From Craspedostauros australis (Eukaryota), in assembly GCA_030167865.1 (NCBI GenBank), contig JALAGF010001746.1:1-64000 (forward strand): 64,000 nt of DNA. The letters run 5' to 3'. The notes below the pieces were generated by a model. It did not search any database. It worked only from the letters and a program-made list of their open reading frames with translations, and was not told the DNA's origin. Position 1 is the first letter of the stretch. Every line of letters begins with the position of its first letter. Of this stretch, positions 61,061 to 64,000 are shown piece after piece. The translations under genes and the position numbers were made by a program.

Positions 61061-64000
61061 CTAAATCGCGATGCCCTCCTTCCAGTATCCTGATCGGATG
61101 CCACCTTGAGCGTCTGTCTCCTGTCCACGACCGTGTGCCACCCCGTCCTTGAAGTCACCCTTGTAGCTGCTGCCATCGGTGAACAGGAGCAGGCCCTTGC
61201 CATGGTAACGGCCGGACTTCCATTGGCCTTCGTAGAAGCCGCCCTCGAATTCGTACCGTCCGAGGCCTTCAAACACACCGTTCACGAATTCTCCATCGTA
61301 CGTGTTGCCGTTGGCGAACAGGAACTTGCCGTTGCCTTGGCGTTTGTCCTCGAAGAAATCACCTTCGTACACGTTGCCATTCTTCCATGTGTAGGTTCCG
61401 CTGCCGTGGCGGGCATCGTACACGAACGTGCCTTCGTAACAGTCGCCGTTTGGATTCATCCAGCGACCGAATCCGTGCCTGAATACGAGTATTGAGAGAA
61501 CCGGATGGGTGCGGAGTGTATTTTGGGTTGCAGGCAGTGATGATGGCCAAATGCAAGGGTGAGCAAGTTGATCATTGCGAGATTGATTGGCATCGTGCAT
61601 GCAACGCTGATTCCAGTCGAAGTAGTGGGGCATTCGATTGGTCAACGACTGCTTTGCACTGCGCAGAAGACAGAGCAGACGACATCCATGTGGGTTTATG
61701 CGCTGCCTCCACATTCCTGTCACCAATCAGCCCAAACACATCAATGAATCAGTCCAAATACGTCACGCAGCACCAGCACACAAACACGAAATTGCCACGT
61801 ACCATCTTCCATCCTTCCAGTCACCTTCGTACTGACGGTCATTCTCGTACTGCATCTTGCCGTAGCCATGCGGGAGGTTTTCATCGACAGACACAGTGCC
61901 GGTGTACTCGCCGCCATCTCCGTACTTGTCGTGGACGATCTGGCTCTTGACGGTGTAGGTGCGCTTGTGCTTCTTCTCGCGACTGGTGGTGCGTCGCGGG
62001 GGGTTGGGATGCGCCCTGGTGGATCGCTGGGGCTGCGGTGGCTGACGGTGGGAAAATGTCACGCCGCCATTGTTCTGGACTTTGGACTTCATCATGCCAT
62101 TGGCGTGGTCGGAGCGGTGGCCGGAAGTGCTGAGAATGGATTTGAAGGACGTGCCGTTGGGTGAGAATTTTCCGCCGGAGTTGCGTGGCTGCTTGCGCCT
62201 CTGCTGTTGCTGCGGTGAGGTGGTGTACGATTTCTGGTGCTGCGCAAACAGGCTCTTCGAGCTCCTGTTGTTGTAGTTCTGGTTGAAATTCTGCGTGTGG
62301 CCGAGACTGCGGTTGAAGCTGTCGATATGCTCCTGGTACTGTTGGTCATCGACGACCGGGGTTCCGCTGCCGTAGTAGGGGTCGTTGTCCTGCGGAATCA
62401 TTTGACCATTTTGCTGGTAACCAGCCGAAGCGTGAAGATGTTGCTGATGATGGAGGTGATCGCCATCGTTGTCGCCATTCTCCATCTCATCCCCGTCCTC
62501 ATCTTCGTCATCATCGGAAATAAAGTCCTCCTCGAGCGGCAGTCGCTTGGTGAAGGCGGCCTCCCTCAAACCCTTGTGCGGGCCGCCGTCATTTTCGTCA
62601 TCCATCATCTTGCCGCCCTTGTCAAGGAGGTAGGAACCGGTGGTCAATGCGCTGACAGGTGAAATGTTGCCACCGCGGTTGACCTCGAGGTACTGCTGCC
62701 CGGACAGCACTCCACCGAGCTCTGCCTCGCTCATGTCCCAATCCTCCTCGTCTTCGGGTTCCTCCATGATGGTCTTGCCAACGGCCGGATTTTGCTGAAT
62801 CTCCTTCATGGCCTCCTTGAGCAAGGGATCGTTCTGAATCGGCTGCTCGTCGGTGTGGAAGTAATTCATTTCGTTGCTGCCGTTGAACTGGATCTCCTGC
62901 GAGTGTTGTTGTTGCGCCTGCAGCACCGGGAATTCCGGCGTGAATGAGATTTCGGAGTTGCTGCTGCCGTTATGCGCCGAATTGTTGATGTTGCCGCTTC
63001 CGGTGCTGTGCTTGCTGTTGTTCTTGCCGCTGCTGTTGTTGCTTCCCGTGCTGCCGCGTCTGTTGGCGATGGATTTCATCTTGTTGAAGACCTGCTTGAT
63101 ACCGCGTCGTGGCTCCGATGCGTAGGGTGACATTGCCGACATGATGGTGGGTCCGTTCTTCTTCGAGGATGATTTCTGCTTGTCGGAGTCCGATTTTTGA
63201 GGAATGGAGATGGAGATCGATCTGCGCTGCGGTCGTTCGGATGGTTCGAAGGTGGTGGCCATCTGGTTGTACTGCGTTGCGCTCTGTAGCTTCTTCCGCC
63301 ATCCTCCCTTGTTGCTGGCCTCCGGCTTGGGCGACGCCTCTCCGTCCGTGACGGATCTCTTGGATCGGCTGGATCTCTTGGACGATGTGGAGTTGGCGGA
63401 GAAGAATGACTTGGCCGATGCCGGCTTGCTGTACATGCCCTCGTCGTCATCGTCAATGTCATTTTCTTCGCTCTTGGAGGCCTGTCGCTGCAGGTACTTT
63501 TTGTTGGCACTTTTGTTGGATGCGAGTTTGCGCTGTCCGTTGACGTCGGGCGTGGCGCTGTAGGTGGACGTGGACGTCATGAGCGTTCCGTTGCTCTTGC
63601 TCATGGCGTTGAGGCACTCCGATGCTGACGCGGCCGCCGATGTGGATGACGACGTCGGTGGCGGAGGCGGTGGTCGATTGGCCGAGGTGACGGAATTCAT
63701 GGACGCACCGTTCTGCTGCTGCTGCTGCTGCAGGTTGTGATCCTGCTTTTGGTACAGCGCCAAATCCTCTGGCGTGAGACTGGCGAGACGTTCCTGCGAT
63801 GCGCTGTTTTTGCCAAGGCGTTGCAATTCGCTGGACGAAGTGCCCTCCGACGATTCGTGATGGCTGGTGCTTTCGTGCTCCTGGCGGTGCAATTGTTCCA
63901 ATTCGTCATCGTCGTGCTCGGCAGGTTCAATGATGTGATTGGCGTAATTCGGAACGACGTCGTCGTCGTCGATGTCGGCATCCTCATCATCCTCATTGTC
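61061..64000 (-). CDS. MORN-repeat protein 3 (5'-truncated at the window edge)
   Basis: Exons >64000-61803 and 61478-61061 with a phase-2 GTACGT..CAG intron (61479-61802) restoring GDWKDGRW|HGFGRW. The frame is open to position 64000 (DNEDDEDADIDDDDVVP...). Confidence 0.88.

Noticed and set aside
51274-64000. Annotating the MORN proteins as phosphatidylinositol-4-phosphate 5-kinases
   Set aside because: Only MORN repeats are visible; there is no PIP kinase catalytic domain in the window.

Overview
Eukaryotic nuclear DNA, most likely a diatom. This rests on short GT-AG introns, GC3-rich ORFs, a silicanin-type gene, an SAFAP plastid-targeting motif, diatom-type HSF genes and SET/aminopropyltransferase fusions. 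I can support 16 protein-coding genes, 7 with one intron placed by hand: a dual-specificity phosphatase, a Nup205-like nucleoporin with an unusual FG-rich N-terminus, two HSF-domain transcription factors, a dsRBD-like protein, an LRR protein, a probably plastid-targeted aldo-keto reductase, two tandem secreted SET + aminopropyltransferase + pseudo-AdoMetDC fusions, an ALDH-like protein, a silicanin-family membrane protein, an H15-domain protein, a PRCC-like protein and three MORN-repeat proteins (the last truncated by the window edge). The most interesting feature is a candidate biosilica locus at about 31.9-47.1 kb, where the two polyamine-modifying fusion genes, an ALDH and a silicanin are neighbours. 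The fusion family itself is known; the clustering and any shared function are my inference. The octamer TACTCGTA/TACGAGTA also looks enriched in non-coding DNA. I recognised no rRNA, tRNA, CRISPR array or intact mobile element. All domain calls come from motif recognition by eye, not database searches.
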